Virus record (IMG/VR): IMGVR_UViG_3300038544_000010
DNA length: 45,788 nt
Reading direction: 5' to 3' (one strand)
DNA from: a virus
Below, piece after piece: positions 1 to 8,305 of this stretch (position 1 is the first letter of the stretch; each line of letters begins with the position of its first letter). The position numbers and the translations under genes are program-made. The notes beneath the pieces are model-generated. The model saw only the letters and a list, made by a program, of their open reading frames with translations, was not told the origin of the DNA and made no database searches.

Positions 1-127
1 TAAAAAACAAAACATATAAAGATTGCAATGTCTGCGAGGAGTGGCATAACTTCCAGAATTTTGCCGAGTGGATGTTAGGGCAAGATTACATTGGAAAGCA
101 GCTCGATAAGGATATTAAGATTGAAGG
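1..127. repeat. Terminal direct repeat, copy 1 (identical to 45662-45788): circular-closure overlap or terminal redundancy
   Basis: By-eye alignment: the string taaaaaacaaaacatataaagattgcaatg...gatattaagattgaagg at 1-127 recurs at 45662-45788 and runs to the window end. Confidence 0.95.
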
Positions 128-353
128 AAATAAAACCTATTCTCCAGAAACGTGCATGTTTGTCACGCATAGAGAGAATGCAATAAAATCATCATCAAAA
201 ACTTACACTCTAACATCGCCATGTGGTGATATTGTAACGATAACAAACTTGCACGAATTCAGCAGAGTTAACGGCTTGGACTCTAGTCACATGAATAAGG
301 TGTGTAGAGGAAAAATTAATTCCTACAAAGGCTGGACGGCGGCTAAGGAGTAA
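1..353 (+). CDS. C-terminal part of the junction-spanning homing-endonuclease-like / DNA-binding protein (continues 45370-45788; about 214 aa in total)
   Basis: The frame of ORF 72..353 is open back to base 3 and is in frame with the ATG at 45370 across the repeat. Motifs YKDCNVCEEWHNFQNFAEWM and CRGKINSYKGW resemble phage HNH/NUMOD-type homing-endonuclease families. Confidence 0.55.
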   Translation, partial: KNKTYKDCNVCEEWHNFQNFAEWMLGQDYIGKQLDKDIKIEGNKTYSPETCMFVTHRENAIKSSSKTYTLTSPCGDIVTITNLHEFSRVNGLDSSHMNKVCRGKINSYKGWTAAKE

Positions 354-355
354 AT

Positions 356-1066
356 ATGCCTGTTGATTTAACGGACTTGAAACGCTTAGAGAGTCGGCTT
401 TTGAAACTCAACAAAACAGGCTTTCGTATTGCCCAGGAAAAAACGATCAACGACATGGCCTTTAAGACCAGGCAGAACGCTGTTGAGCACATTAAGAAAG
501 AATTCACCACACGGAACCACTTCACCACCAGCGGCAGAACGTTAAAAGTGGATAAGGCGACTCGCACAACAAGACAAGCAGTTGTTGGTCATACTGAAGC
601 GTATATGCGGGACCAGGAGCACGGGTTTCAAAAAAGACCTGACAAGTACACCGATGCTGTTGCTATTCCTACGCCTGTTGCAAGTGGGGAAAGGCGTGGT
701 GTAGCGGCTGGAAAAACAATCAGGAAAAAACCAGTTAGGAAAGTCAACAGGAAGAATATGTTAAAAATGCCATCCGACAAGATGCGAGCAGTACCACGCA
801 GACAACGAAACGCGGCATTGATACAAGAGGCCATTAAGACTAAGCGCAGGTTTATTGAGTTGGAGCGCAATGGCGAGTCGAGCATATACCGGGTGCGTGG
901 CAACAAGAAGCGGTATCAGTTGGATAGGCTTTACAAGACAGAGCACAAAACTCTTACCATTAAACCTAGCCCTTGGCTGGCGCCGTCCGCTAACAAAGCC
1001 ATGAAGCAGCGTGACAAGTTCTACATGGCAAGGCTTGATTATCAGGTTAAGCGGATGATGAAGTAA
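356..1066 (+). CDS. Hypothetical, very basic (K/R-rich) protein; possible virion or head-tail protein
   Basis: 236-aa ORF with a strong AAGGAG RBS 5 nt upstream of the ATG. No recognisable catalytic motif. Confidence 0.6.
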   Translation: MPVDLTDLKRLESRLLKLNKTGFRIAQEKTINDMAFKTRQNAVEHIKKEFTTRNHFTTSGRTLKVDKATRTTRQAVVGHTEAYMRDQEHGFQKRPDKYTDAVAIPTPVASGERRGVAAGKTIRKKPVRKVNRKNMLKMPSDKMRAVPRRQRNAALIQEAIKTKRRFIELERNGESSIYRVRGNKKRYQLDRLYKTEHKTLTIKPSPWLAPSANKAMKQRDKFYMARLDYQVKRMMK

Positions 1067-1133
1067 TTTAATGGTTGTAATATTGTGCGAGTGCGGTTAT
1101 ATTAAGTTGGTTAATTAAATAGGATTATTTTTT

Positions 1134-1349
1134 ATGAACAAACTCACCGTAACCGTAGGCACAAAGCTACGCATCAAGACAAACACAGCTATTGGCATCT
1201 GTACCGTCACTAAGATTGACTATCTGGTTGATGAGTTTGGTGATAAGACCACAGTGCAAGCCGCTAAGTATGTGAACGAGCATGGCGTGGCTGTTGGTTG
1301 CACTCGATTAGATCAATTGACTGATGTGCATTTTGAGGTGGTTGGATGA
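1134..1349 (+). CDS. Hypothetical protein (71 aa)
   Basis: ORF with an AGGA RBS. Its stop overlaps the next start (ATGA at 1346). Confidence 0.6.
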   Translation: MNKLTVTVGTKLRIKTNTAIGICTVTKIDYLVDEFGDKTTVQAAKYVNEHGVAVGCTRLDQLTDVHFEVVG

Positions 1350-2047
1350 AATACATGAGAAGCAAGGCAAGAATAGCGAAACACATCTTGCCGATAATTT
1401 TAAAAGACCGTAAAGACGGGCAGTGTTATGTCGAGCCATTTGTCGGCGGTGCGAACATGATTGATAAGGTTGACGGGTGGCGCATTGGTGCTGATGTTAA
1501 CCAGTACTTAATAAAGGCGCTTGAGTTAATTCGTGATAATCCTGATCTCATACCTAGAGATAACAAACAATATACAAAGAATATGTATTTACATGCTAAA
1601 TGTTCAGATCTATCAAATCCTATTGATTGCTTCGCAATGTTTAACTATTCATTTGGTGCAAAATTTAAAGGATCATGGGCGTCGAACTCAAGAGGTAGCG
1701 ATTACGTCAAAGAGTGCGTTAAAAACGTGCTAAAACAATCAAAAGCAATTCAAGGGGTTAACTTTTTCGAATCAAGCTATCAAGAACTTAAAATTCCACC
1801 TAAATCAATAATCTATTGCGATCCACCATACGCAAACACAACGAAATATAAGGACGATATAGATCACGATGAATTCTGGCAATGGTGTAGAGAAAAATGC
1901 TCGGAAGGTCATAATGTTTTCATTAGTGAGTATAACGCTCCGGATGATTTTGTATGCGTGTGGGAAAAAGAAATAAACTCAAATGCTAATGCAAAAGCAA
2001 CATCTACAGCCATTGAAAAACTTTTTGTTCATCAATCTCAATCATAA
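1346..2047 (+). CDS. dam: Dam-type N6-adenine DNA methyltransferase (orphan; no cognate nuclease seen)
   Basis: SAM-binding motif EPFVGGANM (FxGxG) and catalytic DPPY (IYCDPPYANT). Size is typical of D12-class methylases. Confidence 0.85.
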   Translation: MKYMRSKARIAKHILPIILKDRKDGQCYVEPFVGGANMIDKVDGWRIGADVNQYLIKALELIRDNPDLIPRDNKQYTKNMYLHAKCSDLSNPIDCFAMFNYSFGAKFKGSWASNSRGSDYVKECVKNVLKQSKAIQGVNFFESSYQELKIPPKSIIYCDPPYANTTKYKDDIDHDEFWQWCREKCSEGHNVFISEYNAPDDFVCVWEKEINSNANAKATSTAIEKLFVHQSQS

Positions 2048-2079
2048 CTAACAACCCACAAACCACACACCCACTCACA

Positions 2080-2115
2080 AGCCCTGTACGCAATTGTCAG
2101 GGCTTTTTGTTTTTA
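2080..2115 (+). terminator. Intrinsic terminator after the methylase gene
   Basis: Stem AGCCCTG (2080-2086) / CAGGGCT (2098-2104) followed by TTTTTGTTTTT. Confidence 0.75.
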
Positions 2116-2242
2116 TTAATAGGTAGACTTAGGTGTTGGTGCTAACGTGGCGTACAGGGAAAGCTGAATGGGTTTAGCAAGCATCGTAAGCAATGCGAGA
2201 ATACTAGTCATGGCTTTTATAGTCGCAATGGTTGATTAATTT

Positions 2243-2251
2243 TGTTATAAT
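2243..2251 (+). promoter_or_regulatory. Extended -10 promoter (TGtTATAAT)
   Basis: Exact TGnTATAAT about 95 nt upstream of the 2346 start. Confidence 0.5.
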
Positions 2252-2345
2252 GAACACCTGCGGCTAGGTTAGCTACTGAAAATCTGGGAGTCGTGACCCG
2301 GACGCCGCAATCCTCTCATCACGATTTAACTTACACGGAGTTAAT

Positions 2346-3443
2346 ATGAGTAGAGTCACTGACACAGTTTCTTTTATCAATAAAGCCAAGACAGTACATT
2401 CAGATAAATACACATACGAAAACACAAGCTATATATCATCTCAGGAGTTATGCAAAATAACATGCAGAATTCATGGTGATTTTAAGCAAAGACCTAATGA
2501 TCACCTTAAGGGTCAAGGATGCCCAGAGTGCTCACCAACAAGACCAATATCATTTGATGAGTTCAAGCTAAGCCTAAAACTCCCTAGTGGAGTTTCTGTG
2601 ATTAAATTCAATGGAACAAGATTCAACCATAGTTCTTACGTTGTGTTTGATTGTAAAAAGCATGGAAGATTTAAGGTCTCATCTAGAAACGCAAGAAAAG
2701 AAGTGGTTTGCAATGAATGCAAAAAAGAGAAAGATATCATTGATCAGTTTAATTGCTTCAAGAGTGAAATAAAAAACAAGTATCACAACATACGACCTCA
2801 CTCCCTAGCTAGAAACATAGAGATAGAATGCAACAAACATGGGTGGTTTAAAGTTAGCAAAGCACTATCGGTTAAAGGGTGGGAATGCAAGCAATGCAAA
2901 ATGGAATCAATGACGTGCGCTTTTATAAATAAAGCCTTATCTGTCCATGGAGATAGATATGATTACTCATTGGTAGAGTATCAAGGGTACAGAAGCGATG
3001 TGAAAGTAATATGCAGAGAGCATGGTGTGTTTTCTGTAAATGCAGGAAATCACCTAAAAGGGCAGAACTGCCCAAAGTGCAAAATTACAAACATCGCATC
3101 AATCGACGTTGAAGCAATAACACTTTACTGCCTTACTAGCGATCACGATGGAGGTGTTATGAAGATAGGAATAACAACAGACCTAAACAAAAGGATTAGA
3201 GATCTAAAAAGATCTACACCGTTTTTATTTACTTCAGAGTGGTCGATAGAAATAGAGAAGTACACAGCAATTGCGAGTGAAAGGATGTTTCATTCGTTAA
3301 TGGACATGAAGGGATATAACAACTTTGATGGCGCTAGCGAGTGGGGTTCAATCGACTGGTGTCTAATTAAGATATTTAAGCTTTACAAGCCTAGTAGTAA
3401 GAATGACATTAAGAACTATCTTCTACGCGCTCTTTCGGCTTAG
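2346..3443 (+). CDS. T5orf172 / GIY-YIG-superfamily-like nuclease-domain protein with four tandem zinc-ribbon units
   Basis: Four units share identical spacing C-x2-H-x15-C-x2-C (C40, C103, C162, C223), e.g. CRIHGDF..HLKGQGCPEC. The C-terminal part (MKIGITTDLNKRIRDL ... ASEWG) resembles the T5orf172/MUG113 domain. Confidence 0.6.
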   Translation: MSRVTDTVSFINKAKTVHSDKYTYENTSYISSQELCKITCRIHGDFKQRPNDHLKGQGCPECSPTRPISFDEFKLSLKLPSGVSVIKFNGTRFNHSSYVVFDCKKHGRFKVSSRNARKEVVCNECKKEKDIIDQFNCFKSEIKNKYHNIRPHSLARNIEIECNKHGWFKVSKALSVKGWECKQCKMESMTCAFINKALSVHGDRYDYSLVEYQGYRSDVKVICREHGVFSVNAGNHLKGQNCPKCKITNIASIDVEAITLYCLTSDHDGGVMKIGITTDLNKRIRDLKRSTPFLFTSEWSIEIEKYTAIASERMFHSLMDMKGYNNFDGASEWGSIDWCLIKIFKLYKPSSKNDIKNYLLRALSA

Positions 3444-3710
3444 TTTGTTGGTATTTTAATGGGTCCTGTAAATTCCGGGGCAAAACGCCTCGGTTTTGCT
3501 CGCAGCGCCCATCTCTCGCAAAATTAGGATTTTCTAATTTAGGTAAACCGCCCTGCATAGCCATGCAATTAAACAACCATGTTTTTATGCATTTTTTGAC
3601 AGCTCCCTCTTATGTTACATTTCTAGAAATATCGAAATGTTAGCTAAGGTTTACGTTTACAAATTGCATTTACAATAATGTATAATGGCCACATAAATAG
3701 GATGGTGACC
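3444..3710. other. ORF-free region upstream of terS: candidate cos/terminase-recognition region
   Basis: Sits where lambda cos lies relative to Nu1/A. Inverted repeats GCAAAAC/GTTTTGC (3480-3499) and AAATTAG/CTAATTT (3521-3540), the 12-bp palindrome ATTTCTAGAAAT (3618-3629), and a GC-rich stretch at 3498-3519. Confidence 0.35.
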
Positions 3711-4403
3711 ATGAATGAAAAACTATTGTCAGCGGCACGCATAGCGGAACTCGCTGGCGTTTCTAGACAGATTGTGACTCGCTTGTTTAACGAGAATTGC
3801 CCTGATGCAAAAGTAGGCACCAAATGGGATGTTTACAATCCGTATATTTTCGAATACCTAAAAGAGCGCGGCGTCGATGTTGTTGGCGCCAAACTTCAAT
3901 CAGCAAAAGAGCGTCGTGACCCGCAAGCAACCAAGCCAGTTAGTCAAAGCAGAGAAAAGTTATCTGGTAGATCTGGCGCCATTAAACCAGATGGCGATCA
4001 ATACGGCGGAGCTAAATTAGATCATGCTGATATAAGCGACTACCCAGAAATGACCCTGCGAGAAATCTCCCACCTACACGGCACAGAAGAAGAGTTTCGC
4101 GGATGGGCTGACGCTTACAAGAAAGTGCAAGACGGCATCGAGAAGGAAATTAAAAACAAAAAGCTCAAGGGCGAGGTCATTGAGAGGGATTTTGTAATAA
4201 CGCACGTTTTTGGCTTCATGCAAGAAATGGCATCGCGCATGCTGGTGGACTATCCACGAAAACTCGTTGAAATGGCCTATGCGCATTGTGAGTCTGGTGA
4301 CCCTAAGGAAGAGGCGGAAGCGTCAATTCGTGAAGAGCTTGGAAAGCCAATTCAGGCGGCCAAGGCGCAGATTATTAAAAATATAGGTGAGCCAGATGAA
4401 TGA
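3711..4403 (+). CDS. terS: Terminase small subunit, Nu1-like (N-terminal winged HTH)
   Basis: The ORF is open from 3678. The ATG at 3711 follows an AGGA RBS. N-terminus LLSAARIAELAGVSRQIVTRLF is HTH-like. The gene lies directly upstream of a GpA-type TerL and overlaps it. Confidence 0.65.
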   Translation: MNEKLLSAARIAELAGVSRQIVTRLFNENCPDAKVGTKWDVYNPYIFEYLKERGVDVVGAKLQSAKERRDPQATKPVSQSREKLSGRSGAIKPDGDQYGGAKLDHADISDYPEMTLREISHLHGTEEEFRGWADAYKKVQDGIEKEIKNKKLKGEVIERDFVITHVFGFMQEMASRMLVDYPRKLVEMAYAHCESGDPKEEAEASIREELGKPIQAAKAQIIKNIGEPDE

Positions 4404-6354
4404 TACCGAGTGGCTAGTTGAGCAATTTGCTGGCATAAAGGATCACCACGAAGTAATGACCGTCAGCAAATACGCAGAGCAAACGCGATACTTGCCATCG
4501 TCAGTCACGCCTATGGCTGGCTACTACTCTTTTGGTGTTACTCCTTACATCAAAGAGATCGCCGACTGCATGAGCCTGTCATCTCCTGTGCGTGTTGTTT
4601 CTGTCATGAAAGGGGTTCAAGTTGGCATGACCGTTGGGCTGCTGGAAAATACGATCCTGTATTGTATTGGTCACGTTAAGACTGCGCCAATAATGTCACT
4701 CACTGCTGACGCTGAAATTGCAAAACTTCGTATCGAACAATACGTGATGCCGATGCTTGAGCACTCTGGCATGTCTCACTTGATACAATCGAACGAGGGT
4801 GAAAGGTCTAGCCGAAAAACTGGTAAGACTAAGGATAAGATTTCTTTTCAAGGTGGTGGCTTCCTTTTGCCATTTGGCGCAAATAACGCTTCAAAGCTTC
4901 GCTCGTTCTCAATTCAGTATTTGCTAATAGACGAACCAGACGGATTTAAAACGTCGATTGGCAAGGATGGCGATCCAGTAAAATTGGCTTTTGACCGGAC
5001 TGCGGCATACTCTCAATCGAGAAAAATTTGCCTGCTGTCCACGCCGACAATTAAAGGACAGTCAAAGATAGAAGATCACTACGAGCTTGGTGATCAGCGT
5101 AAATACATGGTCCCATGCAAACACTGCAACTTCCCTCAAGAGCTTGAGTGGAACATGAAAAACAAAGAGACTGGCGAGATTTATGGTCTTGTTTTTAATC
5201 ATGATGACGGCGTGCTTGATATTGATTCAGTTCGTTACATCTGCAAAAACTGTGGCGGTGAACACAAAAACGCAGATAAGCAACGCATGCTTAAGCTCGG
5301 GAAGTGGAAACCAACCGCGACTCCTAAAGAGCCAAACAGACGCAGCTACCACATTAGCGGCTTATACTCACCAGTCGGATTTAAGTCGTGGGAAGATATT
5401 GTCATTGAGTGGTTTGATTGCTGGGATGTTGTCAAAAACAATGTGAAGTCTGTTGAAAAGTTGCAGGTATTCATGAATAACAATCTCGGGAAAACATTCC
5501 GCAAGGAAAACGAAAAGCTCAAACTCTCCACGATGTACGGACACCGCCGCACTGAGTATAACTTTGGCGAGATCCCTAACTATTTAACTAAGCGTGTCTG
5601 TGATTCGGAAATTATGCTTGTTACATGCGCAGTTGACGTTCACGATAAGAATTTGGCCGTTGGCATTTTTGGCTGGACAGCACAGCATCGCGCTTTCCTG
5701 CTCGACTATTGGAGACTTGAGGGTGACTGTACTCACTACGAAAATGAACCATGGCAGGAATTGAAATCACTGATATACAACAAAGTGTACGTGTCGGACG
5801 ACGGCAAAAAGTACCCAATACAATTAACGGTTGTAGATTCAGGCCACATGCAGAGCGTTGTTGTCGAGTTTTGCGAAAGTACGGACGGGACAATACCAAT
5901 CAAGGGTCTTGAAGGCGCTCAGAAAGGCGCTCAGTTCTCAGAATTCAAGCAGTCAACAACTCAGCTTGGCACGATAGCATTCAACATTAACACTGATTTA
6001 TACAAAGAGCGCTGGTACAACTCGCTTAAAAGACCGTGGATTGAGACACAAAAAATGCAGGAATACTGCTTTAATGTCCCGTCAAACATCCAAGAGGTGC
6101 AATTGAAAGAGTTAACAGCGGAAACAAAGGTTCCTGACAAGAACAAAGAGACTGGCGCATTCAAGGGATGGAAATGGCACCGAGCTGGTGATAACGAACT
6201 TTGGGATTTGCTAATATACAACAACGCAGCAATTGATATTCTTGCATGGGATGTCATGGTGAGACAGGGCGAGCGCGACACTGTTAACTGGTTAGACTTC
6301 TGGGAATTCTGCCGCACAGGCAATAACGGCCAACCCGTATACTATGAGAATTAG
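4396..6354 (+). CDS. terL: Terminase large subunit, lambda GpA family
   Basis: About 650 aa. Walker-A-like KGVQVGMT, Walker-B LLIDEPD, and zinc-ribbon CKHCNF...CKNCGG typical of GpA. The ATG at 4396 follows a GGTGA RBS (alternative GTG at 4387). Confidence 0.85.
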   Translation: MNDTEWLVEQFAGIKDHHEVMTVSKYAEQTRYLPSSVTPMAGYYSFGVTPYIKEIADCMSLSSPVRVVSVMKGVQVGMTVGLLENTILYCIGHVKTAPIMSLTADAEIAKLRIEQYVMPMLEHSGMSHLIQSNEGERSSRKTGKTKDKISFQGGGFLLPFGANNASKLRSFSIQYLLIDEPDGFKTSIGKDGDPVKLAFDRTAAYSQSRKICLLSTPTIKGQSKIEDHYELGDQRKYMVPCKHCNFPQELEWNMKNKETGEIYGLVFNHDDGVLDIDSVRYICKNCGGEHKNADKQRMLKLGKWKPTATPKEPNRRSYHISGLYSPVGFKSWEDIVIEWFDCWDVVKNNVKSVEKLQVFMNNNLGKTFRKENEKLKLSTMYGHRRTEYNFGEIPNYLTKRVCDSEIMLVTCAVDVHDKNLAVGIFGWTAQHRAFLLDYWRLEGDCTHYENEPWQELKSLIYNKVYVSDDGKKYPIQLTVVDSGHMQSVVVEFCESTDGTIPIKGLEGAQKGAQFSEFKQSTTQLGTIAFNINTDLYKERWYNSLKRPWIETQKMQEYCFNVPSNIQEVQLKELTAETKVPDKNKETGAFKGWKWHRAGDNELWDLLIYNNAAIDILAWDVMVRQGERDTVNWLDFWEFCRTGNNGQPVYYEN

Positions 6355-6396
6355 TATTGTGTTAAACTGTATCAATAAACCGATAGGACTAATTAA

Positions 6397-6657
6397 ATGA
6401 GCACAGACACTTTTCTTTGTGGCTTGATTGCCGACTTGGAAGCGCAGATAGCGGCGGCAATGGCGGCTATGGCTGACTATGCTGGTGATGGCATTGTTAG
6501 TTACACGTTTAACACTGGTCAGACCACGCAGACTGTTACCAAGGCGTCATTGAAGGACATGCAGGCTTACGTTGATAGTCTTCTTGCACGCCGCGACACA
6601 CTACGCCAGCGATGCAATTTAGACACTGCTGCGTTTAATGCGGCTCCGGGGTGGTGA
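6397..6657 (+). CDS. gpW-like head-tail joining protein
   Basis: 86-aa ORF between terL and the portal gene, exactly the lambda W position. The pattern resembles gpW (..DG.VSYTF......L.D...YV..L). Confidence 0.5.
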   Translation: MSTDTFLCGLIADLEAQIAAAMAAMADYAGDGIVSYTFNTGQTTQTVTKASLKDMQAYVDSLLARRDTLRQRCNLDTAAFNAAPGW

Positions 6658-6658
6658 T

Positions 6659-8305
6659 ATGGGTCTTGCAGAAAAAGTAAAGGCTTGGATTGGTGGCGGT
6701 GATAAAAATAAAGTTCCAGTCATCGGAATTGACCAACTCCCAACGGCTGCGGCAGGTAACTATGATGCGCCATACGAATTTGCGCAACTTAATGGCGACA
6801 AGTTTGTTGGTGGCTATGGAATAACGCAATTACATCTTATTGATTACTGGACTTTGCGCCAGCGATCTATCCAGTTGTACAACGAAAATCTATATGCTTC
6901 TGGCTTAATCAACCGATTTATTACAAATATCATCAACACCGGCTTAATGCTTGAGGCCAAGCCAGTTGCTAGTATTCTTGGCATTAGTGACGATGAGATG
7001 AGCAAGTGGACGGACGACATCGAGTCCCGTTTCACCATGTACGGCAACAACAAAAAGCTTGTGGACTTCTACGGAGAGAAAACGCTAGGCCAATTACAGG
7101 CACAGCGCGAGCTGCAAGCATTGGTTGAGGGTGATGTTCTTGTTGTTTATCACTTCGACAAGAAAACCATGCTACCAAAGATTCAGTTGATCTCATCTAA
7201 CTGCGTTCAGTCGCCAATTGATGGCGATCAAGGTTTGCGTGATGGTCATTACATTGAAAATGGCGTTGAATTCGACTCTGAGCGACGTGAGGTTGCCTAT
7301 CATGTGCTAAAAGATGATGGCTCATACGTCCGTTATCCGCGAATTGGTGAGCGTTCTGGCCGATTAATGGCGAATCTATACCGTCCGGGCAAGCGTATTA
7401 TGGGTCAGGTTCGCGGTATGCCACTGCTTGCTAACGTACTTCAATCACTTCGAGAGATTGATCGTTACCGTGATTCAGTGCAAAGAAAGGCTGTTACAAC
7501 ATCGTTCTTGGCTCTGGCTGTGGAAAAAGAAGCGGATACCATTAGCGCCAAACCATTAGGCGCTGCGTCAACACGATCTATGAGCGTAACTGGCGATAAT
7601 GGCTACAAGCTGAACTTGAAAAATTTCAATCCTGGCGTTTTTATCGATGATATGCCAGCCGGTCACAAAATTAAGATGATGGGCAGCGATGGCACAGATC
7701 TGTCATTTGGTGATTTTGAGGCGGCGATCATTAACGCCGTGGCGTGGTCAAAGGGTATGCCAGCGGAAGTGCTAAAAATGGCGTTTGGTTCCAACTATGC
7801 AGCGTCCAAACAGGCAACATCTGAGTTTTCTATGTTCTTGGATGAGGAGCGCACCAATACGACTACCACAAACGATCATCCTCTATATCATGAATGGCTA
7901 TATGTTGAGGCGCTTAAGGGCAATATTTCAGCGCCCGGCATGATTGAGGCATGGAACGATCCAAACCAATATGCTTTTGTTGGCGCATGGATTCAGTCGG
8001 ATTGGTCTGGCTCAGTTAAGCTAAACGCTGACTTTGTGAAAGAGGTTCAAGGCTGGAAACTTGCTGTCGAAAGCACGTTTGCCACAAACGAAATGGCATG
8101 TAAGGCGCTATTTGGTAAGAAGCATAACCTGATCGTTAATCAGTTAATACATGAAAACCAAAAAGTTGCGAAAGCCAATGATGCACTAGGTGAGTTTGCA
8201 GAAAAGCGCACTCAGAGTATAATAAGCACTAATGCCGACAATGATAATGACACTGGCGGCGGAAGTCAGGACAACGAAGGGGATACTGATGTATCTAGCA
8301 ACTGA
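6659..8305 (+). CDS. Portal protein, lambda gpB family
   Basis: About 548 aa, with synteny terL-W-portal-protease. The ATG at 6659 follows the stop of the upstream gene (TGAtATG). The ORF is open from 6638. Confidence 0.8.
   Translation: MGLAEKVKAWIGGGDKNKVPVIGIDQLPTAAAGNYDAPYEFAQLNGDKFVGGYGITQLHLIDYWTLRQRSIQLYNENLYASGLINRFITNIINTGLMLEAKPVASILGISDDEMSKWTDDIESRFTMYGNNKKLVDFYGEKTLGQLQAQRELQALVEGDVLVVYHFDKKTMLPKIQLISSNCVQSPIDGDQGLRDGHYIENGVEFDSERREVAYHVLKDDGSYVRYPRIGERSGRLMANLYRPGKRIMGQVRGMPLLANVLQSLREIDRYRDSVQRKAVTTSFLALAVEKEADTISAKPLGAASTRSMSVTGDNGYKLNLKNFNPGVFIDDMPAGHKIKMMGSDGTDLSFGDFEAAIINAVAWSKGMPAEVLKMAFGSNYAASKQATSEFSMFLDEERTNTTTTNDHPLYHEWLYVEALKGNISAPGMIEAWNDPNQYAFVGAWIQSDWSGSVKLNADFVKEVQGWKLAVESTFATNEMACKALFGKKHNLIVNQLIHENQKVAKANDALGEFAEKRTQSIISTNADNDNDTGGGSQDNEGDTDVSSN

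Noticed and set aside
343-906. Antisense ORFs 343..567, 628..906 and 761..946 inside the 356..1066 gene
   Set aside because: They are embedded antisense in an ORF with a strong RBS, and they have no RBS or coupling of their own.
2168-2236. 22-aa hydrophobic ORF (MGLASIVSNARILVMAFIVAMVD) in the 2048-2345 gap
   Set aside because: It has only a weak RBS, lies between a terminator and a promoter, and is too short to support without expression data.
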